Shown here: positions 22,501 through 35,930 of the stretch, piece by piece
Layout of the letters: each line of letters opens with the position of its first letter
How positions within the stretch are numbered: position 1 is the first letter of the stretch
Source of the DNA: Marsupella aquatica
Lineage: Eukaryota > Plantae > Marchantiophyta
Assembly (NCBI GenBank): GCA_973895155.1
Contig: OZ316898.1
Coordinates: 9,349,079-9,413,078 of the forward strand
DNA: 64,000 bases
Direction: 5' to 3'
Program-made: the position numbers and the translations under genes
The notes under the pieces: model-generated
The model's database searches: none
Told to the model about the DNA's origin: nothing
What the model saw: the letters and a program-made list of their open reading frames with translations, nothing else

Positions 22501-25500
22501 GAGGACGATAAACCATTCGAACCACTGTTCTAGTTCTCTGAAGAATCTACGAATTGTTGATATTATGGGCTGTCGCGTTGCCCGCCTCGTTCAAGATCCA
22601 TGAGGCATGTTCGTGCTCATGACCTTAGCATAAACGTGAGGAGTTGGTTTAATAGTTTAACAATATGTCTTGCAGGAGTTGAAGAGAGAAAAAGACGAGG
22701 CAGCTGCAGCATTGAAGCTGCAAGAACATAGGGCTGAAGAAAGGCTTCAATCCCAGTTAAAGCAACAGGTACAAGAAAAGATTCGTTGTCAGATTTATTT
22801 TGAGAGCAATCAGGATTTGCAATAGAGCCCTGTATGATTTTACACGTGAACTTTGCTGCACAGTTCAGAATTGTCTTGCTATGGTCTTATTATTGTTCAT
22901 ACTTAAGATCTAGAAACTTGGTTACTGGAGTTATCTTCTCTATCGGATGGAGATTTATCACTAGTTCGAAAGCTATGTCCTCGTGTGCTTGTTTTTATGG
23001 AATAGATCCGTGACTTGTGAATCTCGCTATGATGCTAACATTGAAAGTTTTCAGGAGGAGGAAGCCACTAAGGAGAAAGAAAGGCTCCAGCTCCTAGAAA
23101 AAGCCCTGGCTGAAGCATCTCTCACTCGTGAGAAGGCGGGCCATCTGGATGACTTACATTCAGTGCAACTGCAAGTAAGTTTGTAATCTCTAGACGCAGG
23201 TGTTAGTTCTCGGGCACATGTCCTTGGTCTGGTTGGCATGGATGAACCTGTGCCTTTTAGTGTTTACAGGTCTTTATCTCGAATTAAGATGCATAATATC
23301 TCCTTTGTATATTTGACGAGTACAGATGGAGAAATTCTGTTTAGTCTTGTCACTCTGGTACTACGAGCAACATGTAAGCAATAGCTTGTTTAACACGATG
23401 AACATTCAATTTAATTCTACATCTTAGTTATCAGCGTGATCAGTTTGGGACGCTCTTGTGATAGGTGGATGCACTGCGCACAGCCTTCTACGCACGTTCG
23501 GAAGAGGCCCGAATCAGTCACACTGCTCACAAGCTTGCCATGGTATTACACGGCATCAAAGTTTTGTTCTTCCAATGGTTTCAGTCTGTTGATTGTTTTT
23601 CAGCTTAACAAGAATTTCGAAAATTTGGAGCGTCAGGTCCTTTTATCAATGTCTTATTGTTGTATTCTGTGAGATGGGTGAGCATCTTTTCAGTCAAGGA
23701 AAATTGGAAAGAATAACGATACGAACAAATCCGATTATTTTCTCTTAACTGAGAGGCCAAGATTCAAGGTAGCATGGAAAGAATATTCGTTGTTGTATGT
23801 TGTGGTGAAAGTTGGCATTTTTTCCAGTTTTGTAAGGTCTCAACAAATCCTAGGCATCTATAGGAAATCTTGCTTAAATTGTTGATGACTCTATAATTGT
23901 GAACCAGTTTGTGAAATATTGTCATCATGTTCTCAAGCATCAATTAAATACAAATGACACACGGTACAAATTCTGGCTGCTGTGTGAGAATGGACTTGTC
24001 TTTTCACATGCGCTACCTTGTCTTGTAAGAATGATGAAACTCAGTTGGATGAACGTTTTGAGAGGTACTCAGATGTACAAGTGAGCTGCAGATTTCTTCG
24101 TGTATTGAGGTGATAGTGATGAATTCTCAGTGTTGATTGGATTATTTCTACCTCTACAGGGGGCCTTTGCCTTGGAAGATGCAATTGAGAGGGGTGAGGC
24201 TGTTCTGAAGGAAGCAATCCTATTAGTTGCATCAGCAGGAGGACCAGGAGGGGACCCTCTGGTTGATGCTGTTGTTTCCTCGCTTCCCCCTGAAGTTATG
24301 ACAGTGGGTACAGGGACCCGGGCTCAGCTGCAGCAGAAGGTGAGCTTAAGACGATGCAAGTCGTAGTAATAATGGTTACTTCACAGCAAAGTATCTGTTT
24401 GGGGTCGGACAGGAATACCTTCATAGCAGTCCTGAGAAGCGAGAGAGTACATTCTACGAGAGGATCATTCTAGACACTATGTGGAAACAAAAACATTATA
24501 AAATTAGGTACTAGCAATCACACTGACGACTTGAAATAAACTTCCATCTGTCAGGAGATGCATGACTATTTTTACCCTGCTCTAGTATTTCCGTGAATAC
24601 AGAAAATATTGCACTAGCAGAGACCCCTGTAGGACCGTCTTCTCAGTAAGATCATCAATTAACTTAGTAAGACAAATTGCAGACTGATATAATTAGATGC
24701 GTTGATATTCTTATACATCTTGGCATGGAACAGTTCACAAAGTTGAAGGGATCGTTGAGGGAGTTGGCACTCATGCCAGCTGGGGGAGGAGGTGTATTTG
24801 CCCACTTGTTTGCAAGAATCACAGCGAACGTGAAGGTACATATTACTGGGAAGAAGGGAAGGTTGGGTTGTCGTGGAAGTTGGTATTAATTGTTAGCCTC
24901 TTCCTTCAAGTTTCTTGTCTTGTTTACAATCATGCATGGTTTCCCATTGATTCGAGTGTCCTGGATGTTGTGGATACAAGCCTGGTGGTTTACCAAGGTC
25001 AAAGTAATGGTCATATGTAATCAGCTCTAATTAACGAGATTCTGAGCTCTCTTTCAGAGGAACTTCACTACATGGAGTTCGGATTTTTCTACTGACTGTG
25101 GCTGTTACTTAGGATTGCTTTGCGTTGTTCCCGTAACCAAATTCATCATTCCCGACACTTGTGAAGGTTATCATCTTAAAGTTGGTATATATTTTTGAAA
25201 CATGGAATTCTTTTGCCTAGGGGTCCGGTAATTTTCACCATGCTGGAGTTATGCCTGTAATTTTATTTATAAGTCTGAAAATCTGGGCCGGCTGCCTATC
25301 CACCTTGCAGATTATGCTTTGGTCCGTGTCAGACAATTGATACAACGTGTAGTAAAACGTCTGCTCTATCTCTTGTATTATGTGCCAGATAAGCGAGGAA
25401 GGGTCGGATGATGTTGCAAATGGTGGCATTGAAACGGTTATTGGGAGAGTTGAAAGACTTCTGGGTGAAGAGAAGCTACTGGAAGCTGCAACTGTACTTG

Positions 25501-25637
25501 AAATAGGGGTCAAAGGCACAGCAGCTGAGGGCCTCGGAGTTGAGTGGGCAAAGCAAGCACGGAACCGGGCTATCATTGAACAAGGGCTCCAAGCTCTTAA
25601 AGCACATGTCATTGCAGTTGCTTCAGGTCTGTCCTGA
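19530..25637 (+). CDS. MIC60: MICOS complex subunit MIC60 (mitofilin), multi-exon
   Basis: Exon 19530-19619 (MSAAAHLLRRRSSSFLQHRLK..., mitochondrial presequence-like) splices in phase 0 to 20022. A TM segment (AGAAILLLSSGAWYI), an acidic linker and a coiled coil (IHTAEQLQAEVDGRTYQE) follow. The C-terminal mitofilin motifs are AHKLA-GAFALEDAIERG, DPLVDAVVSSLP, LALMPAGGGGVFAHLFARI and WAKQARNRAIIEQGLQAL. Confidence 0.92.
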
Positions 25638-26663
25638 GGAATACACGCACCGGTGTCAAATTGTTTTGCTTCGTGTTTTACATCTCATCTCAAGCATTTT
25701 ATTACAAACTGTTCCAGATGGCCTTGAAGTTTTCAATTCTGCCATAAGTTTTTTTTCCAGCTGATTAAAAATGTCAGTTGAGAATTGCTCAAAAACTGGG
25801 CTATTAAAGGATAAACATTGTTAAAATAAACATCTAGTTAGTACAGTTGAAGGAGGTCAAGTCTTGCAGCTTGACCTGTAAAATGAAAGCTTTTGCAGAG
25901 CATCGGCAGTGGAGGTTAACTGGTGAAATAAAAGCACCTTTGGTTGACCCTCGGTGCTTAAAGTTTTGGAATCGTAAACGAAATGGAATTTCTACTTCTT
26001 GAAGAGGAAATCATACGGCAACAAATAAAGGCCCTAATTGGTGACGGAGTTTTTGCCCGAATCTCTCGTTTGAGAGTCAGCACATGTCATCGTTTGGAGA
26101 ATACCTCTTTAATGATGCCTAAAACTTATGAGAATGCGGTTTCATTCTTTCGAGATTCAGGATGTATAACACTAATCTGGAGGCATTTTTTTGGCATATT
26201 TAAGCATGGAGCATGCACTACTGATGGAGACGCGGGCTATTTGTGTTTGGCCAGTTGGCTCACTGCAAGTAAATTCTTTCTCTATCACCCACGATGATAA
26301 CTACACTGTCGGCCTTCTTTTGGAGCCTTGACCAATTCTATCTCTGAGCTTCTGTTAACGACAATGGGCGAAGTATCATGACGCATAAGAGAAAAAGTGG
26401 ACTTCTATGGCCTCCAAAACGAGTCCTAAGTAAACCCAGTGTAGCACATACGAGTGGATTTGAGTACCTATTAGCTCGAGCTTCCTGATGCATTCCTTGG
26501 TAAGGGTTTGAAGACAGTGTGGTCTGTGAAAGATGTCAATGCTTCGGTCCTCCTTGGTAGTTCAACCGTCCTCCTTGGTACATCTTTGGATTCTTGCTTA
26601 GTTTGCAAATGAGTTGGTCTTCTTTCTCCTTCAGGTCTTAGGCCTACTTTTCCCTAAAGCGCC

Positions 26664-26910
26664 ACTAGCCATGACAAAACCTGGATACACCAGGTTTCAC
26701 CACTTTTAATACCTTTGTCGAGAAATTGTGGAACAAAGTCTCACTGTGGAGGAGAGAAATATGAAAAGGGAAAGGCTTACACACTTCTCCACTTCTCCTT
26801 TTATATGGCCAATGGTGGTTACTAGCCATGACAAAACCTGGATTGATCGGGTTTCACCGTTTGTAGTACTTTTTTTCGTAAGGGTGGAAGAGAGGAATAT
26901 GAAAAAGGGG
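26664..26910. repeat. Degenerate direct duplication (period ~157 bp)
   Basis: ACTAGCCATGACAAAACCTGGAT...GGTTTCACC...GTGGA.GAGA..AATATGAAAA.GGG at 26664 and 26821. Confidence 0.8.
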
Positions 26911-27721
26911 TTTAGGGTGTAGGGTGAAGCGTGAGAACACATACGTGCCTGTTCGAATATCTCTGCTTTTAGTCAGATATGTCTGTTGGAGACCAATTGA
27001 TAAATTAGAAAGTGGATATTAGCCTTTCGATTAAAGCTGGCTCTCAAATCAGAAGCTCCTAATTGGTGTCTGTTGTGCAGTGTGCCAAGTCAGCTTTTTG
27101 CATTGACAAAAACTCGCTGATCTTAGGACCTCTGATGTGTGATACTTCCTCAACTTTGTGATCCTCCAGGCTTTGAAGCACTGATCCCATCATTAGCGTC
27201 TGATGGAACCATCAGAGCGATGACTTTAAAGTTCAAAAACGATCTATTTCAGATTTCTGCAATTCCGGCCACGTTGCAGTCCACACTTCTAATGAAGTTT
27301 TTCCTTGCAGACCTTGTGTCATTTCATTTGGAGGTTACCTGTGGGGGAACTTCCCAAATGAATTAACCCGATTGATCGGACTGAATTGGTTTGCAGAACA
27401 TTTCCCCCAGCTCATACTCAAAAGTCCTCTAAATCTTTCCCTAAGGATGGAGAGGTGCATGTTCATTTCTTACAGGTTATGCACCTCAGACAAGCTGTTC
27501 ATCGTACTTTTCAAACTAATTCCAACTTCATTGTATAGAAGAGATTACAAACTGATTTTGAATGTATTAAGTAACAGAAAACATCCTGCCAGGTCCTAGG
27601 ATGTAACCCGCAGTGACCAGCCCACTGTAGACTTCCATGATGGAGATACTGTAAGGATAACATTGAAAGGCTACTAGAAAAAGGGTGAATCAATCTAATG
27701 CCAAGTGGCTGCGTTAGATCA

Positions 27722-29122
27722 TCAATTGTCTTTATTGATCTCTTTTACCATTGCTTCCGAAGAGTGCTTGGCGAACTGAAGCTGCTGAAATTTTACAACA
27801 GGGAATCCTACAATGGAGAGAAAGTGGGCAGGTTTTGAAAATGAATATATGTCATACCACACGGTGTCATCTTCCTTGTTCCATTCGACTGCAAATCTCT
27901 CCTCTCCTGCCTGCACTCAAAGCATTCACACAGTAGAATCAAGGAACGCATCTAACGGCTGTGGGTACACGTGCTATCTGCGTTTGAAACTACAATTCTG
28001 CCAGATTGCGATCGAGCAGAGCCTTGATATCCTATACGACCATATTTTTTGCCCTCTGTTTGCATTACTCGTCAGAACCACTCTGCATTCACGGTCTAGC
28101 CCATTTTCCACCGACAAAACTCGAAATCATGTGGGGGGAGAGCACCTTCACACACAGGATTTCTTCTCGATACAAATGCTGGGAGAAAGAGTGGAGAAGG
28201 CTGTAGGAAAGGGGAAGAAATGGATACACGTGCTACTCCTTTTCCTGTAAGCAGCTCCACTTCCCACCAAAGCAGCGATTTTCCAAAAAATATTGGAAGG
28301 ATAACTGGAAGATGACCATACCAGTAAGTGACCTCTAAGAGTGCCACCTGCAAATGCGAAAGCCGACGATCCAGAAGTCTTCTCTGATAAATTGCTATCT
28401 CCTCGATTAGCTGGCGAAATCTTCACTTGGCCATCTCTCAGAGTGTCCGTAATGTAAAGAATCTGCAGTGGATTGACCAGCCAAGCAACCAACTCATGAG
28501 CCTGGATGCCAAACTTGCCCCCAACTTTGATCTGTGTACTAGGGTCAACAGAAACTGATCCCAGCTGCAAGTGCCTGCACTATTAAGAGGAATTCCTTCA
28601 GCGCAAGCACATCAAATACCAAGCCCTAATGAACAGTATAGCCAAAACTTACGACAAAAGCGCCAGTGTACTTAAATGAGAACCATCAGGAGCCGAAAAT
28701 CGCATCTACGACTGACTGATTGCTGTCTTAAGCAATTGAGGGACCAAAAGAAAGACTTTCCATCGTACGGACCTCCAATTCTGCAGCTTGTCTTTTGCTT
28801 TACTGAATGTGTTGAGTCCCGACCCAAGTCTCACACGACTGTGATTGATAGAAAATCCATTCCTTTTCAGTTCCTGGACTTTGTCGGCAGCAAACGGTGC
28901 CTCTGAAGTCATTCCCACGTACTTCTCCTCGTAGTTGAAACCCCTGCATCACTAAAATTTCAGTTTTGGAGGGAAAGTAATAATTCACACTCCCATCGTC
29001 CGACATGCACACGATTTCGGCATATCACTGGAGAAACTGAACTGAGATAGCAGAAATTACTCGCTAAGCAGATTTAAACTTTTTCCCAGGTGAGCTTGGT
29101 CGGACCCAAGCCCAAAGACCAT
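27722..29122 (-). CDS. UPF0548/DUF1990 family protein (At2g17695-like), about 4 exons, start uncertain
   Basis: Exons encode GFNYEEKY...GFSINHSRVRLGSG..F.KAK..LQNWR, HLQLG..SVDP...WLVNPLQILYI...FAFAGGTLRGHLL and AGEERFAVEW..EDDTVWYDIYSFSKPAHFLS. Intron phases are consistent. Confidence 0.88.
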
Positions 29123-29920
29123 TCGAATAAAATCATGGATGCCATGGACTTCGACAAGCGACCACACGAGATGCAGGGCAGAGGTGTTACTGGCAGGATG
29201 CAAGGAAAGAAGCCTCATCCTTGGGAGAAGGGCGACTCCACCAGAGCGCTGGCAACCACATTTTCCCAATTATCCCAATTATGAAGGGAAATGGATCATC
29301 CGAGCTGCTACTCTGCTGTAATTGTGTACAGAATCTCAAAGGGCATCACAAAGCTTAGCCTGGACAGAAGTTACAGTTCTGCTGAGTAACCTGTGACTAG
29401 TGTTCCTGGACTACACTCACATACACACGCGGAGCTCAGTCAAATTGGCCAGTCAAGCTGTGGGGCGATAATCCTGGGAGCGAGTGTTTCCTTTTGTATT
29501 GTTGCGCAGATGGCACTTAATGGCAAACTAGCCTGGCTACCCATTCCTTGAACTTAAATCCAATTAAAAAATATATACTCTTTTGGGTTATCTTTACATA
29601 CCTATTTTTTTGCACCTTTTAGATTTGTCTTACTGAGAATCATTATACATTTTGTCCTTGTTTTGAGTTACAGTCTAGAGACTTCACTCTAGACCATAGC
29701 CCTTAAAAGTAGCTTATGTTTGAGATTATATGGTAAGATTGAGAACCCTTCCCTTACCAAAAATGTTGTAGTCATATTATGACCATTAAATTTATGTAGG
29801 GTCAGATCTGGGGTGGCCGGTAAGTCAGGTGTCTGAACCTTTTAAACGTTTCTTTGCATCATTTGGAAGCCCATCTACCTGGTATCAAATGTGTGAAAAA
29901 GTGCACTGAAAGAACCAATT

Positions 29921-30170
29921 GGATGTGGTCAATTGGCCAGGGGGAGCATAGAATTAAGAGGTCCTAGGTTCAGTGCCCCCTCCACATGCAATGGTTGTGG
30001 AGAGTGAGTGTGTGGGTGAGTGGAGTGTAGTGGTGGGAATACTAGTTTCTCCTCAGCCCCTTACTGGTTTGCTTTGGGCTCTCTAATTGTACTCCTTTGA
30101 GTTTAATTAGTACATTTGTCACCTTTTTTATCGCTATCATTTTTTTTATTTATTTTTTATTTTTTCAATT
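29921..30170 (+). mobile_element. Possible degenerate tRNA-derived SINE
   Basis: A-box-like TGGTCAATTGG (29926) and B-box-like GGTTCAGTGCC (29967) lie about 40 nt apart, with a T-rich tail near 30140. Confidence 0.25.
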
Positions 30171-31805
30171 TTTAAGTGAAATCTATGAAACCCCACATAA
30201 GGAGAGGCATGACTGTGTGATAACTCACTTGTTGAATCGATAGGTCTTGGGTTCAAATGTTTTCATCACTACAATTAAACAAAGTAAGTATAATTTTGAA
30301 TAATCCAATGTTTAAAATTTTGCAAGCTATTCATTATCAAACAGCCATACCTGCTCACAAGTTAGCCTCAACATGCTCTCTCACCGTCAGCTAGGGGAGG
30401 CAAGGAGTGGGCCAGCCAACCAAGAGAGGGCATAGTAGGATCAAAGTAATAGACCCAACCCAACGTGGAAGGTCGAAAAGTGTGCTACGATTAGGGTAGA
30501 GGACATGGAAACCATCCAATGCTCAAATCTGTAAAGTGTTCAATTGTTCCAAGCTAACTATAGATAATGTGTTAACAGAGTAATCTTACTAATAAAGCGC
30601 CGACTACAAGCTAGAGTTGGGAAATTGGGTTTAGTGTGAAGCCTCTAGAGAGTAATTCCATGGCCCATCATGTGAATAGTAAAATTCATGACTGTGATAT
30701 ATATCAAATGATACTCATACATATTTTTTGTCATTATTTCTATTTACATTCAAAAAATGTGTTTTATGGTCCCATATATGTGCATAGAAAGAGTGATCTG
30801 GTATGTTATGTATGATTATCAAAATGATAACATGCATGATAATTTTTTCATCTGTTCATTCACCTTAGAAGATAATATGAATATACTTTGGTGATGATGT
30901 TATTGAGTTTCAAAGAACGGGGCTATTGAAAATAAATTGCAAACTCATCAAACTAAACAAAATGTAAAAGTATTTATTTAGAGTATTGAAACCAATGCAA
31001 TGTAATAAATCTCAGTTCCAAGAGTTTCTGAGACCCAAAGAGAAATTCCTTCACTCGGCAATCAACTCTTTGTTCCAAGATTGTCTGAGGCCGAAGCGGT
31101 AATCGCTTTGCTCCGGAATCTCTTCTGGGATCCAAGATTTTCTCAAGCCCAGTGCGCAATCAGCGCCATTCAGGTCAGTCGCAATTTCTTCCAAGCTCTT
31201 TCTGATGATTGTTGTTCGTCACGCATTTCATGGGTTACTTGGGAAAGCCCTCGCTTTGCTCAGGAAGCTGTTTTTTTTCTCAAGCCCAAGTCTTTCATTA
31301 GCCGGATTTAGGTTGGTGGCGATTTTCTTCGAAGATCGTTCGAGGAATGAATGTTGTTCATGGCCCGTTCCATTCCTTGCTTCTTGATCGCAGCTGTTTG
31401 GGACTAGCGTGCAGCGTTCAAGAGACTCGAAGTTGATGAGAGCGAAACTCAGGTACGTGTAGAAACGAGAGGGTTGGAACGGATGAAGTCGCATGACCTA
31501 ATAATCGCTGTAAGACTTGAGAAGGAAGAAGACGTCCAAAATGTCATCGTGAATGAGTAAAATAATGATGCATCAAGTACGAACGTTAAGTATGCAAGTT
31601 CTTTGGAAGTAGTGGTAGTAGCTCTGACTCAAACACCCTGCATTAGATGATTCGTTGCACTGACAACTGATATGATGATCATAAAACTATGCAGGATTCA
31701 CTGTACTCCCTGAATTGCTCCACAAAAAGAGTTTCTAGCTCTTTGTGTCGAAGATTTAGAGAACGGAAACCGTTAGGGCGCTCGTTTCTATTGCTGGGGA
31801 GGAGG

Positions 31806-32069
31806 ATGGCCTCCAATGTACGTGGACCAGATGGGCTTCCTGTTGAAAAGGAACAGATCTTTCGAATGGCACAACAGGAGATGGAGTACAGGGTCGACCT
31901 ATTCAACAAGTTGACCCAGACATGCTTTGAGAAGTGCATCGAAAGAAAGTACAAGGAGTCAGAGCTGAACGTGGGAGAGAACAGCTGCATTGATCGCTGT
32001 GTTGCGAAATACTGGCAGGTGACAGGGATTGTAGGGCAAATGCTGGGTTCGAGTAAGCCTGGGATGTAG
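31806..32069 (+). CDS. TIM10: Mitochondrial import inner membrane translocase subunit TIM10 (87 aa); intronless CDS, probable 5'-UTR intron from ~31454
   Basis: EQIFRMAQQEMEYRVDLFNKLTQTCFEKC...ELNVGENSCIDRCVAKYWQV: twin CX3C motif and the plant Tim10 signature. Confidence 0.96.
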   Translation: MASNVRGPDGLPVEKEQIFRMAQQEMEYRVDLFNKLTQTCFEKCIERKYKESELNVGENSCIDRCVAKYWQVTGIVGQMLGSSKPGM

Positions 32070-34518
32070 GGTTTACTAAGTAGTAGTGCCTTTCTCGCCA
32101 ACTTCTACTGTATGAGTGGTGCCTTTCCTTTCCCTTGCGTTGTCTCCACTCAGGCTTCATAGACCTAAAAGTTTAGAAGGAAGCGAGTGTCAGCGTTTTC
32201 GGGCTCGAGGAGCTGCTCGTTTTGGATTATATCTGGCACGGATCAGTTGGAGATGTCATCTCTAGTGTTCCACGAGCACCGCAGTTTAAGCGTTACTCGT
32301 TGCAAGGTCAAATGTAATGGGCCTAATGAAGTATAAGCAAATGTCCTTTTGACTTCAGTTTGTTCAAGAGTGATGAATTCGGGGTGCGTGTGAAAATGAG
32401 ATATTTCACGAGTCTGGGATGAGATGGCGTAATCATCCTACATCTTTTGGGATGTTTGTGCTGTCAATTTGGTGCAGAATGCGTAAGCTCGGTTGTGTTG
32501 TGCAGACCAAGGTGGCTTGACTTGAAACTCAAGATGCACATTCGTTTACCTACAATTTTCGATCCTGGCACGATGCTGTGCCAGCCAGCACCCAACTCAC
32601 TGCTGTAATGGTAGAAATTCAAGGTAATAGTCACGGAATGGCTCGAACAGATTTTCTGCATAGGAGCAAGACAATTGTAAACGCAATAGGGCGGTCAGAG
32701 GCCACGCAAGGGAATGTAAAGAGTGAGAAAGGTGTGGAGGACCATGTGATTTGAAACAGGTTGTCAGCAGTATTTTGCGTCGAGAACTCATCAAGCATCC
32801 GGCTCTTTCGCTGATTGGGCACTCCTTACCCTTCATCCTGTTTTCGAAACTGTCGAATAACCCTTGCATCAGCTATTTCTTCGAGTTAAAAGACTGATTG
32901 ATCATTAGAGTTAACAGCATGACCATTTTATGTCAACCTTTGGCAAACCATTTGGTCTGTGTCTCTGTTTTGCAAATGGAGAGTACTACTCAGTCTCATT
33001 TTCCTCAAATTAGAAGCTCAAGATTGTGAATGGATCTTGATCCTCAGTCTCATCAGAACACTTGCAAAGCTGGTATTAGGTGTGTTGAGCTGGAGCTACA
33101 AAGGCAGACATCCGAAATACGAGCTGTGCAGAGCCCATCCAAAAGCAATGCATACACTGAGCATATTTGAATACTTGAAGCGATAGCAGTGCTAGAAAGA
33201 ATTTACAGTAATGAGATGGCAGTACTCGATCGTGCCAATGTTGCATCATCAGAAATGGATTCCAATCATCGCAATAAGTTAAATCAAGTCTTAGAAGTTT
33301 GGCACCCACTGACAGGATTTTAGCCTGCTAATGCCAAATTTGGACAAAATGTCTACCAAGAACGTTTCCATTACATCATTTCTTCTACATGCTTGTGAAA
33401 TCTGGAAAAAACTTTAAACGCATTGCACTATGGAAAATTATGAAAATCAAAATTTATCTTCCTCCAGTTTTCCAATGTAAATTACATGAGCTTGAATGGA
33501 ACTAATCAGCAAGATTTCTCCAGCATTTGTAAAGTGAGCTGCGATCTTTGCTTCAGTCATGGGTGCCGGAACAGAAACTACAAGCCCATAGGCCGGCAGG
33601 GAAAGTTTTGTTCTCTCTCAAACAGTATCTTTACAGAATAGTGTAGGCCAATCCATGCACACAAGGGGGTTTCGTGCCTGTCCTCAAAAAGAGGAACCCA
33701 AGGGTGATTGACTCCGGACAAGTGAATATTGGAAAAACTATGTCGGGAGGAGTCGTGGCGATCCGTGCAGTAACACCGATTTTAATCGGAGGTCCGGCTC
33801 TTTTCTCATGCATGGTCTTCGTACAAAATTAGTTCGTGGACCTGTGTTGGACTTCTGGTGATGACCTTTTGGAAGAACGAACATTATTTATGTACAGAAA
33901 TTACTCAACCAGTAACGATGGTTGTGGCAATGTGGCAAAGGTTACTTACAATGAGTATGTAGCAAAATTCATCATTAATTTTATCTCATTCTTTATTGGG
34001 TTCACGATGTTTTAACATTTATTGGTTAAAACATGATGACATTCAGGATGTGACAACCGTCATTGCTCGGGACTCTGGTCGCCATGGAGCAACGACGATT
34101 TTCCCCCTCGGGATGGTCTTTCTAACCGGCGGCGGGCGGATCTGGTCTTTTCTAGGGCCAGGGTTCGTGCTCTTGGGGATGTGGTGGTTGCTAATCCTAC
34201 TGGTGGGAGCCATGTCGTGGTTGCCCGGCTCAAATCACTATATTCATTAAAACTGGAATTATAAAGGATATAGAGAAATTTGGAGATTTAAAAACATAAT
34301 TTTAGGCATGAAAAATGAAAATTCAAGCATCATTAAATATAAATTTGGGGACAAAATTGAAATTTGTGGAAAATGAAATATTAAATTGGATGATTTAACA
34401 AAACATTTGGGTGATAAGTGTTCATTTGGTTGGAAGATAGATAGAAGCTAGTAATATCAAGGACTTTGTTTTCCCTGACCAAGATACTCCAGGATTCAGA
34501 TAGGCACTAGAAGTCAAA

Positions 34519-35930
34519 ATGTCGGCGGAAGGCACTCTCATGATTTGTTTCAAGGGCATCACAAATCAATCATTGAATGACTGCAAGATAATTATTACTC
34601 TAGGTCCAGTCGTCCTTGTGAACACGGACAACAATCGCAATGCAACAATTATTGTTGAGTCCAAAGAGAAATCTCAGTGGATGAGACTCCTTGTGCCAAT
34701 AAAACTCTACTCAACTTTACTTAATGTTGAGTGGATGGCACGATTGGAGATAAGCGTAGCTGATATGGGATTCTTCTTGGATGGAGTAACAATTGATCAG
34801 ATGTTTGAGAAGACTCGTTCTCAAATAAGTGGAGTTGACCTGGTGTTCGGATCTCTTTACGTAAAGAAGCACATGCATGATACTGCGGACAGTGTGGACC
34901 CTCCGTCTACTTGGATAGTTCAAAGGATGATTGAGAACACACATTTTTCATATGAGCAGGCAATTGACAAGAGTTTCATTTTTTGTCTGGAGTTTCAAGA
35001 GGCCGTGTGCTGAACGTGGATTTTAGAGATGAAGAAAAAAGAAGCAAAGCATAAGGCAAAAGAGAGAAAGAAGACGGTGGAAAGAAGCGCACAATCAAAG
35101 ATAGAGGAGAAACAGAAGCTTAGAGAGCTACCAGTTGTTCAAGAAGAGAAACAATTTGGGACTTCATGCCGTAAGAAGAAGGCTCAAAACGATGAAGATG
35201 TTGAGTGCTTGAAAAGAAGCAAACAAAGAAGCCAAAAGGTTGCAAAATCAAAACCAATGCAAGCGTCGACATCAAACTTTGTCTTGCATTTAGAGGATGA
35301 TACGTGTCCAACAAAAGGACTCAAAGACTTAGATGATGTGCTCAAAGGCCAAGAGGTTTTGTGGAATATTGAGCAGTATTATACTTTTGGCATCCGCGAA
35401 GTTTTGGATATTCTTGTCCAAAGTATTATTCCGCCATCGGCTATTTTTGTATATCGAATGTTCAATCTTTTGCATGCAATGGAGATATCTAAGTCTATGA
35501 TAAAAAACCCTGGCCAAGAACCACAAGTTGTTGATTTGATTCAGTATCGCGAGGCCACTAAACAGTTGTTTCATTATGACAACACACCTCAAGATAGGAA
35601 AGAGTTTTTGATTGGGGTGAAGAAGCAGGAGATCCAATCCAATTCCTTGCAATCAGTGGCCAACATTCAGCAAGAGCTGCCCAATGGATCCAAGGGTGGG
35701 CAAAGATTGACGCCAAGCTAATAGATCTAGCCAACAAACTAAAGTACAGGAAAGCAAGGATCCTATCTGCCCTTACTCCGAAGACAATTTGGGTTGAACA
35801 TTCAAGTTTATCGAATGCTATCAATAATACTATGCAGTTTAAGTCTTGTTTTTTAGAGACTATTGTTCATGCAAGAAGGTAGTTTGAGGAGTGTGGGAAA
35901 CCACCACATCCAGGGATTGGGACCAATCAT
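34519..35930 (+). pseudogene. Disrupted intronless ORF relic with a ParB/Sulfiredoxin-like domain, probably transposon-derived
   Basis: ORFs 34519..35013 and 35029..35721 are in the same frame, separated by one TGA. Removing the duplicated ATCCA (35632-35641) restores FLAISGQHSARAAQW...YRKARIL...ETIVHARR*FEECGKP. Confidence 0.55.

Noticed and set aside
31689-31805. N-terminal extension of TIM10 in the ORF track
   Set aside because: The upstream ATG overlaps a likely intron acceptor (ATGCAG). Family length and motif fit the ATG at 31806.
19530-32069. MIC60 and TIM10 as a functional mitochondrial gene cluster
   Set aside because: Two mitochondrial genes about 6 kb apart with an unrelated gene between them is unremarkable by chance.
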